From the NCBI GenBank assembly GCA_003136395.1, contig PLEH01000283.1:5208-69207 (forward strand): a stretch of DNA of 64,000 nucleotides, in the 5' to 3' direction. How positions within the stretch are numbered: position 1 is the first letter of the stretch; the number at the start of each line of letters is the position of its first letter. The position numbers and the translations under genes were made by a program. Shown here piece by piece: positions 20,886 to 29,687 of this stretch. The notes below the pieces were generated by a model. The model made no database searches and was not told the DNA's origin. It saw only the letters and a list, made by a program, of their open reading frames with translations. This DNA is from Phenylobacterium sp. (lineage in GTDB: Bacteria; Pseudomonadota; Alphaproteobacteria; Caulobacterales; Caulobacteraceae).

Positions 20886-21807
20886 CCTCTATCAGCGGCA
20901 GGTCGCGCTGCTGATCCGCGTGCTGCCCTATGTGGCCGAAGAGACGGTCTTCGCCCTGAAGGGCGGCACCGCGATCAACCTCTTCGTCCGCGACCTCCCG
21001 CGGCTGTCCGTCGACATCGACCTGACCTACCTGCCGGTGGAACCACGCGACGTATCCCTGGCGGCCATCGAGGCGGCGCTGCTGCGGCTGGCTGACCGGA
21101 TCCGGGCCGCTATCGCCGGCGTGCAGGTCAGCCTCCACCGCCTGCAGCCGGACAACAGCGTCGACAAGCTGCTGATCCAGCTCGGCGTGACCCGCGTGAC
21201 CATCGAGGTGACTCCAGTCCTCCGAGGCTGTGTCTTCGACCCGGTGATGATGACGGTGACCGAACGGGTCGAGGCTGCGTTCGGATTTGCGGAAGCGCAG
21301 GTGGTGTCTTTCGCGGACCTCTATGCGGGCAAGATCGTGGCCGCCCTCGACCGGCAACACCCGCGCGATCTCTTCGACGTCCGGGACCTGCTCGCCCACG
21401 AGGGCCTGACGGGCGACCTGCGCGCAGCCTTCCTGATCTACCTGGTGAGCCACACGCGCCCGATGTCGGAGGTCCTGGCCCCGCACCCGAAAGACATCGC
21501 CCAGGCCTACGAGCGCAGCTTCGAAGGGATGACCGAGACGCCCGTCGCCCTCGACGACCTCATCGCCGCGCGGGCGGCGATCGTGGACGCGGCCGTCGGC
21601 GGGATGCCGGACGCCCATCGCCGGCTCCTGCTGTCCTTCGAGACGGGGGCGCCAGACTGGTCGCTGATCAACTTGCCGCAGGCCGCAGACCTGCCGGCCA
21701 TCGCCTGGCGGCTGCAGAACCTTGCGACCCTGACGCCGAAGCGCCGCGCGGAGCAGGTCGCGCGCCTGCAGGCGGTCCTCTATCCCGCCGGTTCCAGTTC
21801 CGGCTGA
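20872..21807 (+). CDS. Type IV TA toxin, AbiEii nucleotidyltransferase
   Basis: FALKGGTAINLF, PRLSVDIDL, GKIVAALDRQHPRDLFD; overlaps antitoxin. Confidence 0.9.
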   Translation: MAYRDLYQRQVALLIRVLPYVAEETVFALKGGTAINLFVRDLPRLSVDIDLTYLPVEPRDVSLAAIEAALLRLADRIRAAIAGVQVSLHRLQPDNSVDKLLIQLGVTRVTIEVTPVLRGCVFDPVMMTVTERVEAAFGFAEAQVVSFADLYAGKIVAALDRQHPRDLFDVRDLLAHEGLTGDLRAAFLIYLVSHTRPMSEVLAPHPKDIAQAYERSFEGMTETPVALDDLIAARAAIVDAAVGGMPDAHRRLLLSFETGAPDWSLINLPQAADLPAIAWRLQNLATLTPKRRAEQVARLQAVLYPAGSSSG

Positions 21808-21901
21808 GCCGGGACGTCCGCCTCGGCGCTGTCGTCCCCCGCGTGGCGCTTCACCGCGCAAATGATCTGAAACGTGAAGTCGGTCAGGCTTTCGTCTCAA
21901 A

Positions 21902-21979
21902 AACGGCCCCCGCTACTACTCGGCATTCGTTGTGGACCATGACGGTCACAGGCTGGAGGTGGTTTGTGAGCAGGCTTGA
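21902..21979 (+). pseudogene. C-terminal remnant of VOC/glyoxalase protein
   Basis: Own translation NGPRYYSAFVVDHDGHRLEVVCEQA*; typical YYxAFVxDPDGxxxE ending. Confidence 0.6.
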
Positions 21980-22184
21980 AGTAGCGCGAGACGAAGCTCC
22001 GCCACCCCATCAACCTTCAGCTTGCGGATGAACGAGACGCGCACCTCCGGCGCGTGGTTCGCCCGCAATAGAGGGGCCGTCGCGAATTTGGTTCAAGTCC
22101 TGCCGGGATTGTGCATGAAAATTAAATGAGAAAACTTGCATAATCAGCCAGAATTTCCTAACTTTGCGGGGAAGGAATTTGACG

Positions 22185-22859
22185 ATGACGGCGCTCAACG
22201 AGCTCAAGAAGCATCTGCGGCCCGGCCAGGTGTATCGGCGCAAGGACCTGGCGCGCTGGTCGACGGCCGTGGATCGGCATCTGCGGCAGTTGGTGGAGGA
22301 GGGACGGCTCGAGAAGGTGTCGGGCGGCCTCTATATGACGCCGCGCCAGACGCGGTTCGGTCCGGCGGCGGCGGAGCAGGAAGACCTGGTGGCCGCGTTC
22401 CTGGGTGACGACCGGTTTCTGATGGTCTCGCCCAACGCCTACAACGGGCTGGGGGTCGGGACGACCCAGCTTTACAACGTACCGGTGGTCTACAATCGCA
22501 AACGTCACGGGCGGTTCGAATTGGACGGCCGGCCCTATGATTTCCGGCAGCGGGCTTCGTTTCCCCGGCGGCTCAGTCGAGAATTCCTGCTGGTCGACCT
22601 GCTGCACAATGCGGACCGCCTGGCCGAAGAGCCCGGTCTCGTCCGCCGCCGGGCCTTGGAACAGGCGGGTACGCTGGATCCCAAGCGGCTGGCGAAGGCA
22701 GTGGACGACTTCGACTCCGCGCGGGTCCGCAGACTGTTGTCGCCGATCCTCGCCGGCGAGGATCGCCGCGGCGGCGGCATGAGCGTGATGCATGACCGAG
22801 GCGACTTTCGCGATCTGACCGCGGCGACGGCACGCGCAGCAGGGATCGACCCTGGCTAG
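22185..22859 (+). CDS. AbiEi-like antitoxin (winged helix) running in-frame into the start of a broken toxin
   Basis: LRPGQVYRR..VDRHLRQLV..KVSGGLY, SPNAYNGLGVGTTQLYN; last 26 aa from ATG 22779 (MSVMHDRGDFRDL..GIDPG*) resemble AbiEii N-terminus. Confidence 0.7.
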   Translation: MTALNELKKHLRPGQVYRRKDLARWSTAVDRHLRQLVEEGRLEKVSGGLYMTPRQTRFGPAAAEQEDLVAAFLGDDRFLMVSPNAYNGLGVGTTQLYNVPVVYNRKRHGRFELDGRPYDFRQRASFPRRLSREFLLVDLLHNADRLAEEPGLVRRRALEQAGTLDPKRLAKAVDDFDSARVRRLLSPILAGEDRRGGGMSVMHDRGDFRDLTAATARAAGIDPG

Positions 22860-22946
22860 CGAAAGACACGAGAAGGCATGGACGAATCGGGAATGGCACT
22901 GGCCGCGGAGCGGCGGAGGCTCAGTTTCGACATCAATCGCTGGTGG

Positions 22947-22966
22947 TGCTTCCCATAAGCTTCCCA
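22947..22966 (+). repeat. Tandem TGCTTCCCA-type repeats (11-bp period), left of att
   Basis: tgcttccca-taa-gcttccca; same motif at 23303-23321. Confidence 0.6.
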
Positions 22967-23111
22967 AATCGTCTTTGGCCCACTCCAGTTTCTCGACAAG
23001 AATGGCCATAACTAGAGGAAATATCATGAGAAGTGGCTTGGTTTAGGGTGGCTAGATCGAAGAAGGGACCTCAGCCGTCGCTAGGAGCGGGGTTTCACGA
23101 GGGGAAACTGG

Positions 23112-23147
23112 TGGTTCCCCAAGTGCTTGATTTCACTTGGGGAACCA
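23112..23147. terminator. 14-bp perfect hairpin abutting the tRNA-fragment 3' end
   Basis: TGGTTCCCCAAGTG-N8-CACTTGGGGAACCA. Confidence 0.6.
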
Positions 23148-23193
23148 TGGTGCCACGACAGGGATTCGAACCCTAGACCTCAGCCTTATCAAG
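23148..23193 (-). mobile_element. att site: 3' half of a tRNA
   Basis: Minus strand C-TTGATAA-GGCTG-AGGTC-TAGGG-TTCGAAT-CCCTG-TCGTGGC-A-CCA; T-arm and CCA intact, no matching 5' half; 180 bp from an integrase. Confidence 0.82.
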
Positions 23194-23302
23194 CCGGGTT
23201 GGAGCCTTTCTGATTTCACGATATTGTACGAAAAATCACTATAAATACATTGTGTTACCCACTTCATTTTTGCGATATTGTTCGCTAGAGTTTTCTCCAA
23301 TC

Positions 23303-23321
23303 TGCTTCCCATGTGCTTCCT
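23303..23321 (+). repeat. Tandem TGCTTCCCA-type repeats (11-bp period), right of att
   Basis: tgcttccca-tg-tgcttcct. Confidence 0.6.
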
Positions 23322-23372
23322 AACCTCGGTGAAATGCAGAGCAAGAAAACGCGGCCCACAGGATATTCGGCC

Positions 23373-24869
23373 ATGCTGGAGAAACGCGCGAAGTTGACCC
23401 GCAGGATCGTGGAGGGCGCCGAGCTGGGCGCCGGCGAACGGTTCATCTGGGACAGCGAGGTTTCGGGATTTGGGGTACGAATCCGCCCCAGCGGCCGCCG
23501 CGGCTATGTCTTGCAGTACCGCTTCGCCGGCCGGACACGTCGCTTTCAGATTGGAACCCACGGGTCCCCCTGGACGGTGGAGACCGCGCGAGACCGCGCC
23601 CGCATTCTGATGGGTCAGATCGCCGGCGGCGAGGACCCGCAAGATGCTAAGAATGGCTCCCGCAAGGAGCTCAATGTCGCTCAACTCTGCGACCTCTATC
23701 TGGCCGAAGGCCTGGCTACCTGCAAAGAGACCTCCGTGGCCTCGGCCCGGTCCGATATCGAAAACCACATCAAGCCCTTCCTCGGGACCAAGCGCGCCAG
23801 CCTGGTCAATCGCCAGGACGTGGACCAGCTCCTGGCCGCCGTCGCGGCCGGCAAGACCCGGCGCACAGTGAAGACCGGCAAGAAGCGCGGGCTCTCACGG
23901 GTGAAGGGCGGCAAGGGCGCCGCCAACTCCGCGGTGGTGACGCTGTCGGCGGCCATGGGCTTCGCGGTGGCCCGCGGCATCCGCCATGACAACCCGGCCT
24001 TCCGGGTGCGGCGGTTCCCGGAGAAGAAGCTCGAGCGCTTCCTGTCGCCCGCCGAGATCGCGCGATTGGGCGAGGCTCTCGCGGCGGCCGAGGCGATCGG
24101 GGTCGAGCTGCCGGCCGCCATCGCGGCCATCCGGCTCCTGATCCTCACCGGCTGCCGCAAGAACGAAATCCTCACTCTGCAGCGGGCGCACGTCGATGCG
24201 CACCACCGCTGCCTGCGGTTGCCCGACAGCAAGACCGGGGCGAAGATCGTCCATATCGGCCTACCGGCGCTCAAGGTGATCGAGGCCATCCCGGAGGTTC
24301 CTGGCAACCCCTACCTCCTGGTGGGCGCCTGGGACGTCGGCCACTTCGTGAACCTGCAGCGGCCGTGGGAGCGGATCCGCGCGGCGGCGGGCCTGGGGGA
24401 CGTGCGGCTGCACGATCTGCGCCACGCGTTTGCGAGCCTCGGCGCCGCGACCGGCGACAGCCTGCTGGTGATTGGGGCGCTGCTCGGCCACCGGAGCGCC
24501 AAGACCACCCACCGTTACGCGCACCTGGCCGAGCACCCGGTCAAGGATGCCGCTGACCGCATTTCAGCCGAGATGTCCCGGCTCCTGGGCGAAAAGGGGG
24601 AGGGCGAGGAGGTCGTGCACGACCCGTTTACGGCGACATCAACGCCAATCGACGATCCGCAAATGCAATCTCTGCTCGGAAGGGTGAGCCACACCCGGTG
24701 GCTCGATACCCAGGCCGCGGCGAACTACGTCGGGCTGTCGATCCCGACGCTTCACACGTACCGGTGGGCGGGCACGGGTCCGCCGAGCCGGAAGATCGGG
24801 CGCCGGATCGTCTATGCGCAGCCGGATTTGGACTCGTGGGTGGCTGGACGAGCTGAGGCCTCCACCTAG
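23373..24869 (+). CDS. int: Tyrosine integrase with N-terminal arm-binding domain and C-terminal excisionase-like HTH
   Basis: IWDSEVSGFGVRI arm domain; catalytic TGCRKNE, DSKTG, LHDLRH, LLGH, RYAH; tail WLDTQAAANYVGLSIPTLHTYRWAGTGPPSRKIGRRIVY. Confidence 0.92.
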   Translation: MLEKRAKLTRRIVEGAELGAGERFIWDSEVSGFGVRIRPSGRRGYVLQYRFAGRTRRFQIGTHGSPWTVETARDRARILMGQIAGGEDPQDAKNGSRKELNVAQLCDLYLAEGLATCKETSVASARSDIENHIKPFLGTKRASLVNRQDVDQLLAAVAAGKTRRTVKTGKKRGLSRVKGGKGAANSAVVTLSAAMGFAVARGIRHDNPAFRVRRFPEKKLERFLSPAEIARLGEALAAAEAIGVELPAAIAAIRLLILTGCRKNEILTLQRAHVDAHHRCLRLPDSKTGAKIVHIGLPALKVIEAIPEVPGNPYLLVGAWDVGHFVNLQRPWERIRAAAGLGDVRLHDLRHAFASLGAATGDSLLVIGALLGHRSAKTTHRYAHLAEHPVKDAADRISAEMSRLLGEKGEGEEVVHDPFTATSTPIDDPQMQSLLGRVSHTRWLDTQAAANYVGLSIPTLHTYRWAGTGPPSRKIGRRIVYAQPDLDSWVAGRAEAST

Positions 24870-25053
24870 AGGCCCGCAGCCGCCGCCTCCGTGATGGACC
24901 AGACGTCCGCTTCTGGCGCATGGCGGAACTTCGTTGGTAGCTCTGCTGGTAGTTCTCCGCCTGCACAGGTTGCCCCCAGGCGGTAGAGTGGGTCCTGCTA
25001 CCGCAGCCAAATCGGCTTGGAAGCCGCTGCAAAAAGATCAGCGGCTCGGATCG

Positions 25054-25299
25054 CTAGACGCCAACTCTGCGCGCTCGAACCCGCTGGAACTGCGGCGGGT
25101 CGCTTCTGAACTGTTCGGCGCGACCCAGCGAGGCGTTGCAGGACGGGCAGCGAACCTCATCCTGATCGGCGAGAGTTGCGCCAACTTCGACTTTCGCCCC
25201 ACACGGCTTGCACTTCCAGCTGGCGTCTGGAGACGAGGTCTGCGGCCGCGGCGGCGGATTCTTGAGATGCAGGACTGGTCGGCGAGGTGGCTCGGTCAT
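25054..25299 (-). CDS. Small zinc-ribbon protein
   Basis: WKCKPCG..VRCPSCN. Confidence 0.65.
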   Translation of the reverse strand: MTEPPRRPVLHLKNPPPRPQTSSPDASWKCKPCGAKVEVGATLADQDEVRCPSCNASLGRAEQFRSDPPQFQRVRARRVGV

Positions 25300-25492
25300 G
25301 TTGCTTCGTGATCGCGTCAGATGGGATCCGGCTCAAGATTCAAATCCGTAGCACTCAAGTCTGCCAAATCTGTTGATCGGCGGCGAGAGCCTGCGCGTGA
25401 TCGTGCGCGATCCATCTCGCCTCCCGTCGAACCTGGGCGGCCCCGGCGTCACTTGGACGCTGGTGGCGCCATCTACGCTGTCCACAAGCCTG

Positions 25493-25879
25493 TCAGTAAC
25501 GTCGCGTATCCTTCCTCGCGCGCAGCCCGATGCCGAGCGCTGCAAGGGCCAGCGCCGAAACACCGAGACCGACAAGCACAGGTGCGCCGTGGCCGCGGCG
25601 ATCCGCCGTCACAAGGAACCGGTGGAAAAGACCTCCATCCGCTGCCCACCAGGCGCCGCTCGGCTTATGAAATCCGTGGGATGGGAAGGTGGCGGCCGCA
25701 TCTCGGGCGAGGTTCGCCGCGTCGGACGCCGTGCGACTGGTGACGAGCGCCAGCGTTTTGGGCCTGGTCTTCCTAGGATCGTCCGAGATCTTCCACGTCT
25801 GCCGTATGACACTGAAGACGCGGCCGAGCGGCGCGCCGGAGGGGGTTCGCGAGCGCGAGCTCAGGAATCGATCGTGCAA
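25493..25879 (-). CDS. Hypothetical protein with C-terminal membrane anchor
   Basis: Hydrophobic tail VLVGLGVSALALAALGIGL followed by basic residues. Confidence 0.5.
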   Translation of the reverse strand: MHDRFLSSRSRTPSGAPLGRVFSVIRQTWKISDDPRKTRPKTLALVTSRTASDAANLARDAAATFPSHGFHKPSGAWWAADGGLFHRFLVTADRRGHGAPVLVGLGVSALALAALGIGLRARKDTRRY

Positions 25880-26001
25880 GGGTGCTGCCTGAACGGTTAT
25901 CGGAATGCCGCTGTGGGGGCTTCAACGCGCGAGCCATAGTCTCGACGCAGGAGGTGGCGGTATTTAGACAGCGCCACTTGGCGCTGTTGGGAGTTGGTTT
26001 C

Positions 26002-26316
26002 GTGCGGGCCTTTGTGGATCTCCAAGGCGCGTCCGGCGTCAGTTATCGTTTTCGCCTGGCTCCGGACGGAGTGGTGAGTTCGCCCATGGCCGGCAACTAT
26101 GCCTGCCTCCGCGAGGAGCAGGAGGGGTTCACGGTCCTGTCGGTGGAAGCGACCAATGACCTGTCGGCCGCCACCGCCGACTGGCGGCGAGTGGTCGCGA
26201 AACATCCGGCCACGCATCTCTACACACGCCTCAACGTCTCAGTCTCGGTTCGGGAGTCGGAGCAGCGCGACATCGCCGCCTACTACGAACTGCGGCATGC
26301 TCGGCGGACGGAGTAG
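26002..26316 (+). CDS. Conserved hypothetical protein
   Basis: GTG after GGGAG; FVDLQGASGVSYRF..AGNYA..THLYTRLNVS. Confidence 0.55.
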   Translation: MRAFVDLQGASGVSYRFRLAPDGVVSSPMAGNYACLREEQEGFTVLSVEATNDLSAATADWRRVVAKHPATHLYTRLNVSVSVRESEQRDIAAYYELRHARRTE

Positions 26317-26422
26317 CTGGAACTGGCCATTCGACCGGCGGGACGGGAGTTCCCATCCGGGAATGGGACGATGGATGTGACTTGGCATCGGCTGTAACGC
26401 CCTGCCCACCGGCTCTCGAACC

Positions 26423-27286
26423 TCAGGCCGCTCGGTCGAAGGGATAGCCCTCCTCGATCGGCAACAGAGGATCGCGCGACCACTCGTTCCAGGAACCGAA
26501 GTAGATTCGGACATCGGTCAGGCCCGCCTCTTCCAGGGCCACGAACGTGTTCGAGGCCCTCGCGCCCTTGAAACAATAGATGACGACCGGCGTGTCGCCG
26601 GTGAGGCCAACGGTGGCGCACTCGGCGAGGATCTCCTCGCGGGACTTGAACATCTGCCCCTGCGCAGTCGGCTTCATCATTCGATACCATTCAAGCCACA
26701 CGGCGCCAGGAATACGGCCTTTGCGGGGGCAGTAGTCCTTCCCATAGGGCGAGGAGCTTTCGCCGATCCATTCGTCCACGTCGCGGACGTCGAGCTTGAC
26801 GACCTTGGGGTCGGCGACGGCGGCCTTCATGCCGCTTAGGTCAACGATGATATGCCCGGTATCCTCACGGACTGGGAACGTTCTGGGTTGAGGTTGTGCC
26901 GGTTCCGTGGCGATCGGCAGGCCAGCCGCGCGCCAAGCCGCGAATCCGCCGTGGAGGACCTTGATCTTCGGATAGCCGAGGTGGCGGAGCAGCACATAGC
27001 CGCGACAGGACTGGCCGAAGCCGGTGGTCATGGACTGCTCATAGACCACTGCGGTCTCGGCGCCGCTCAAGCCGGCGTTTCCGAACGCCGTGGCGAAGGT
27101 GTCCCGGAGCGCCGACAGCCCCTCGGGCGTTGAAGTCGCCAGGTAGGTGAAAACCTCGTGCAGGTTCACGGCGCCCGAGATGTGGGCTTCGGCATGGGCG
27201 GAGGCGTCGCGCGTATCAATAATCACGACCGGTTCGCGGCCCATCATCTGAAAGAGCTCCTGGGGTGACACGAGAACCTGACCCAC
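26423..27286 (-). CDS. Two-domain sulfurtransferase (rhodanese)
   Basis: IDTR..HISGAV, LHGGFAAW, DVR..GRIPGAV, active loop YCFKGAR, GSWNEWS; GTG after GAGGAGG. Confidence 0.9.
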   Translation of the reverse strand: MGQVLVSPQELFQMMGREPVVIIDTRDASAHAEAHISGAVNLHEVFTYLATSTPEGLSALRDTFATAFGNAGLSGAETAVVYEQSMTTGFGQSCRGYVLLRHLGYPKIKVLHGGFAAWRAAGLPIATEPAQPQPRTFPVREDTGHIIVDLSGMKAAVADPKVVKLDVRDVDEWIGESSSPYGKDYCPRKGRIPGAVWLEWYRMMKPTAQGQMFKSREEILAECATVGLTGDTPVVIYCFKGARASNTFVALEEAGLTDVRIYFGSWNEWSRDPLLPIEEGYPFDRAA

Positions 27287-27691
27287 GGGCTTCCTCCTCG
27301 GCAATTGACGCGACAGGATGCGGCGGCGGTCGGTGCGCGCTTTGATCGGCGTCAAAATGCGCATGACAACTCACTGCCCGAGCCACATGGGTCTGCCAGC
27401 GCTCCCTATTGAACGGCTGCGGAGTGTCCCCGATCAGCCGCTGCGCCTCTTCGCGGGTCGTCGTGGTGCGAAGGCAGATGGGCGAGCTATTGCCGCGGTT
27501 GAACGGTACGAGCAGCCCATCCTGCTTGATCCCGAGCCGCGCGGCGGTCCCCCGCCGATCTTGAGCGCACGCGGCTTTGCTTTCGCCTCCGACATCTGTG
27601 GCCAGGAACCCCCGCCAACGCGGCACGTTAATGGAAATTGGGTGAGGCGAGATTTCGGCGAGTGGCCGGCCTTTATTCGAAAGTACAAATC

Positions 27692-28966
27692 ATGACCGCT
27701 TCAAAGCCCAACGTGCTCATCTTGGGTGGAAACTTCGCTGGGCTCGGCGCCGCGCAAAAGATTCGGCAATACGCAAAGGACAAGGTCGACATCACGCTCG
27801 TCGACCAGAAAGCCTATCTCGACTACATCCCCAACATCCCCCTGGAAATATTCGAAGGGCGCGATCCGGCGGTCACCATGCACATGGATCTGGTGGACGC
27901 GCTGGCGCGCGACGACATCACCTTCCGGCAGGCCGAAGTCGAAGCCATCGACGTGAAGGCCCAGAAGGTGACCGTGCGCCCGAGCGAACGGCCCGGCGCG
28001 CCAAGCTATGTGATGACCTACGATTATCTGGTGATCGCGCTGGGCGCGCGGCTGGCCTACGACGAGATCGAAGGGTTCGCGGAATACGGCCATACGGTCT
28101 CCGACGCCTTCCACGCCAATCGGTTGATCGAATTTCTCGAGAATGACTACAAGGGCGGGCCCATTGCGGTGGGCTCAGCGCGGTTCAAGCAGGGCTTAAA
28201 GGGAAAGCCCGACTGGCTGCCGATCGCACTGGCCGCCTGCGAGGGGCCGCCTGTGGAGGTGTCCCTCGCCCTGGCGCACTGGTTGCAAGAACATGACAAG
28301 GGCGGCCCCAAGAACATCACCCTCTTCACGCCCGGTGCGTTGATCGCAGAGGACGCCGGCGAAAAAGTCGTCAAACAGCTGCTCGACGCCGCCTCGTCCA
28401 TGGGCTTCAGCTATATCAACAACACCGAAGACATCACCCGGCTGACCGCGGAGGGGATCGAGTTCGCGAACGGTCAGAAGATCAAGTCCGAGCTCAAAAT
28501 CATCCTCCCGAACTGGGCGCCGCATGCGTTCCTGAAGGGCCTGCCGGTCAGCGACGAGGTTGGCTTCATCATTACCGACATGAAGATGCGTAACCCAGAC
28601 TATCCCAATGTCTTCGCCTGCGGCGACGCCGCGGCCATCACCGTACCGAAACTGGGCGCCATCGGTCACCAGGAGGCCGAAGTCGTCGGCCGTCAGATCG
28701 CCAAGGAGGTGGGCATGATGGAAGCCGAAAAGGCTGACGCGCCCTGGATGCCAGAGGTCATCTGCATCGGCGACATGGGCGGCGGCAAGGCCTTCTACAT
28801 CCACTCAAATTCTTGGTTTGGCGGGGATATCCAGGATCTGGAAATGGGCCGGCTGCCCTATGCTCAGAAGATGATCTACAAGGAGATGTTCTTCCGCAGT
28901 CACGGCAAGATCCCGAACTGGGGCCTGCCTCTGGCGAAGTGGTCCGCCGAAACGCTCAAGGCTTAG
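27692..28966 (+). CDS. Sulfide:quinone oxidoreductase-like flavoprotein resembling type V (Acidianus-like)
   Basis: ILGGNFAG, YDYLVIALGA, GSARFKQG, ACEGPPVE, VFACGD, TVPKLG, PEVICIGD. Confidence 0.75.
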   Translation: MTASKPNVLILGGNFAGLGAAQKIRQYAKDKVDITLVDQKAYLDYIPNIPLEIFEGRDPAVTMHMDLVDALARDDITFRQAEVEAIDVKAQKVTVRPSERPGAPSYVMTYDYLVIALGARLAYDEIEGFAEYGHTVSDAFHANRLIEFLENDYKGGPIAVGSARFKQGLKGKPDWLPIALAACEGPPVEVSLALAHWLQEHDKGGPKNITLFTPGALIAEDAGEKVVKQLLDAASSMGFSYINNTEDITRLTAEGIEFANGQKIKSELKIILPNWAPHAFLKGLPVSDEVGFIITDMKMRNPDYPNVFACGDAAAITVPKLGAIGHQEAEVVGRQIAKEVGMMEAEKADAPWMPEVICIGDMGGGKAFYIHSNSWFGGDIQDLEMGRLPYAQKMIYKEMFFRSHGKIPNWGLPLAKWSAETLKA

Positions 28967-29167
28967 CCTGCAGGCGTGGTGGCTCGCTGAAGGACGTCCG
29001 GCTGATCGAGGCCGAAGCTGGCGGCTGGACCAGATGGGTCCGCCTGGCCGACGGAGCCGCGACAGGCCACATTATAGAGTCGTCGCATATCCGGTCTGGA
29101 GCATTTTGCTGACTGCGTGGGGTAACGCTACCTAGTCTCGACTTTGGGCCTAGTGGCCGGCGCGGCC

Positions 29168-29320
29168 CGGATCAAGCGGGCCTACTCGACCACGCCGCCA
29201 AGTCGGTCGCCTGGTATCGCAAGGCCGCCCTGCAGCTTCTGGGACGGAGGCCATCTTTCGTCTTCCTGCTCCACGCGACGCGGGTGAATGCGGACAGCAT
29301 CGACCAACTGACCGACATTC
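29168..29320 (+). pseudogene. C-terminal fragment of polysaccharide deacetylase
   Basis: Own translation LDHAAKSVAWYRKAALQLLGRRPSFVFLLHATRVNADSIDQL; LLH motif. Confidence 0.55.
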
Positions 29321-29339
29321 CTCATGACCCACGCCTTGT

Positions 29340-29490
29340 CGCCTTCCAGCTTCTCCCCGATGACGAAACCCGTGGCCGGCAGATGGTGGCGTCGCAGTCC
29401 GGCCAACAGCTCTCTGGTGGTGACAGCCGCGAAGGGGGCCGCGTCACTTAGCAACATCGTCGGGATGTCGTCGAACGTGAGCGCGACGCC
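29340..29490 (-). pseudogene. N-terminal fragment of polysaccharide deacetylase
   Basis: VALTFDDIP..ELLAGLRRHHLPATGFVIGEKLEGD (TFDD motif). Confidence 0.65.
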
Positions 29491-29687
29491 TTCCCTCCCG
29501 GCTGTGCGCGCCGAGCATAGCGCAGCCGGTTGGCTGCAGAACGACCTCGAGATGACATAAAAGCCTAAGGAAGCGTACGATGCCGAGGTCTCGGAAGGCT
29601 GGTCGGGCGCGCGGCCCGCCCGAATGCCCCCGCCCTTAACCAGCAGCCGGTTTTGGCCTAGCCTTCCGACAATCTTTGGGGAGCGCC

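Noticed and set aside
23148-23225. Intact tRNA-Ile(GAT)
   Set aside because: No D-arm, and the upstream sequence cannot pair with the acceptor or anticodon stems; only the 3' half is present
27216-27626. 136-aa ORF between the rhodanese and the SQR-like gene
   Set aside because: Overlaps the rhodanese 5' end and the divergent promoter; no family motif
27621-27637. Sigma-54 promoter CGGCAC-N5-TGGA before the SQR-like gene
   Set aside because: The -12 element lacks the required GC and no activator gene is nearby
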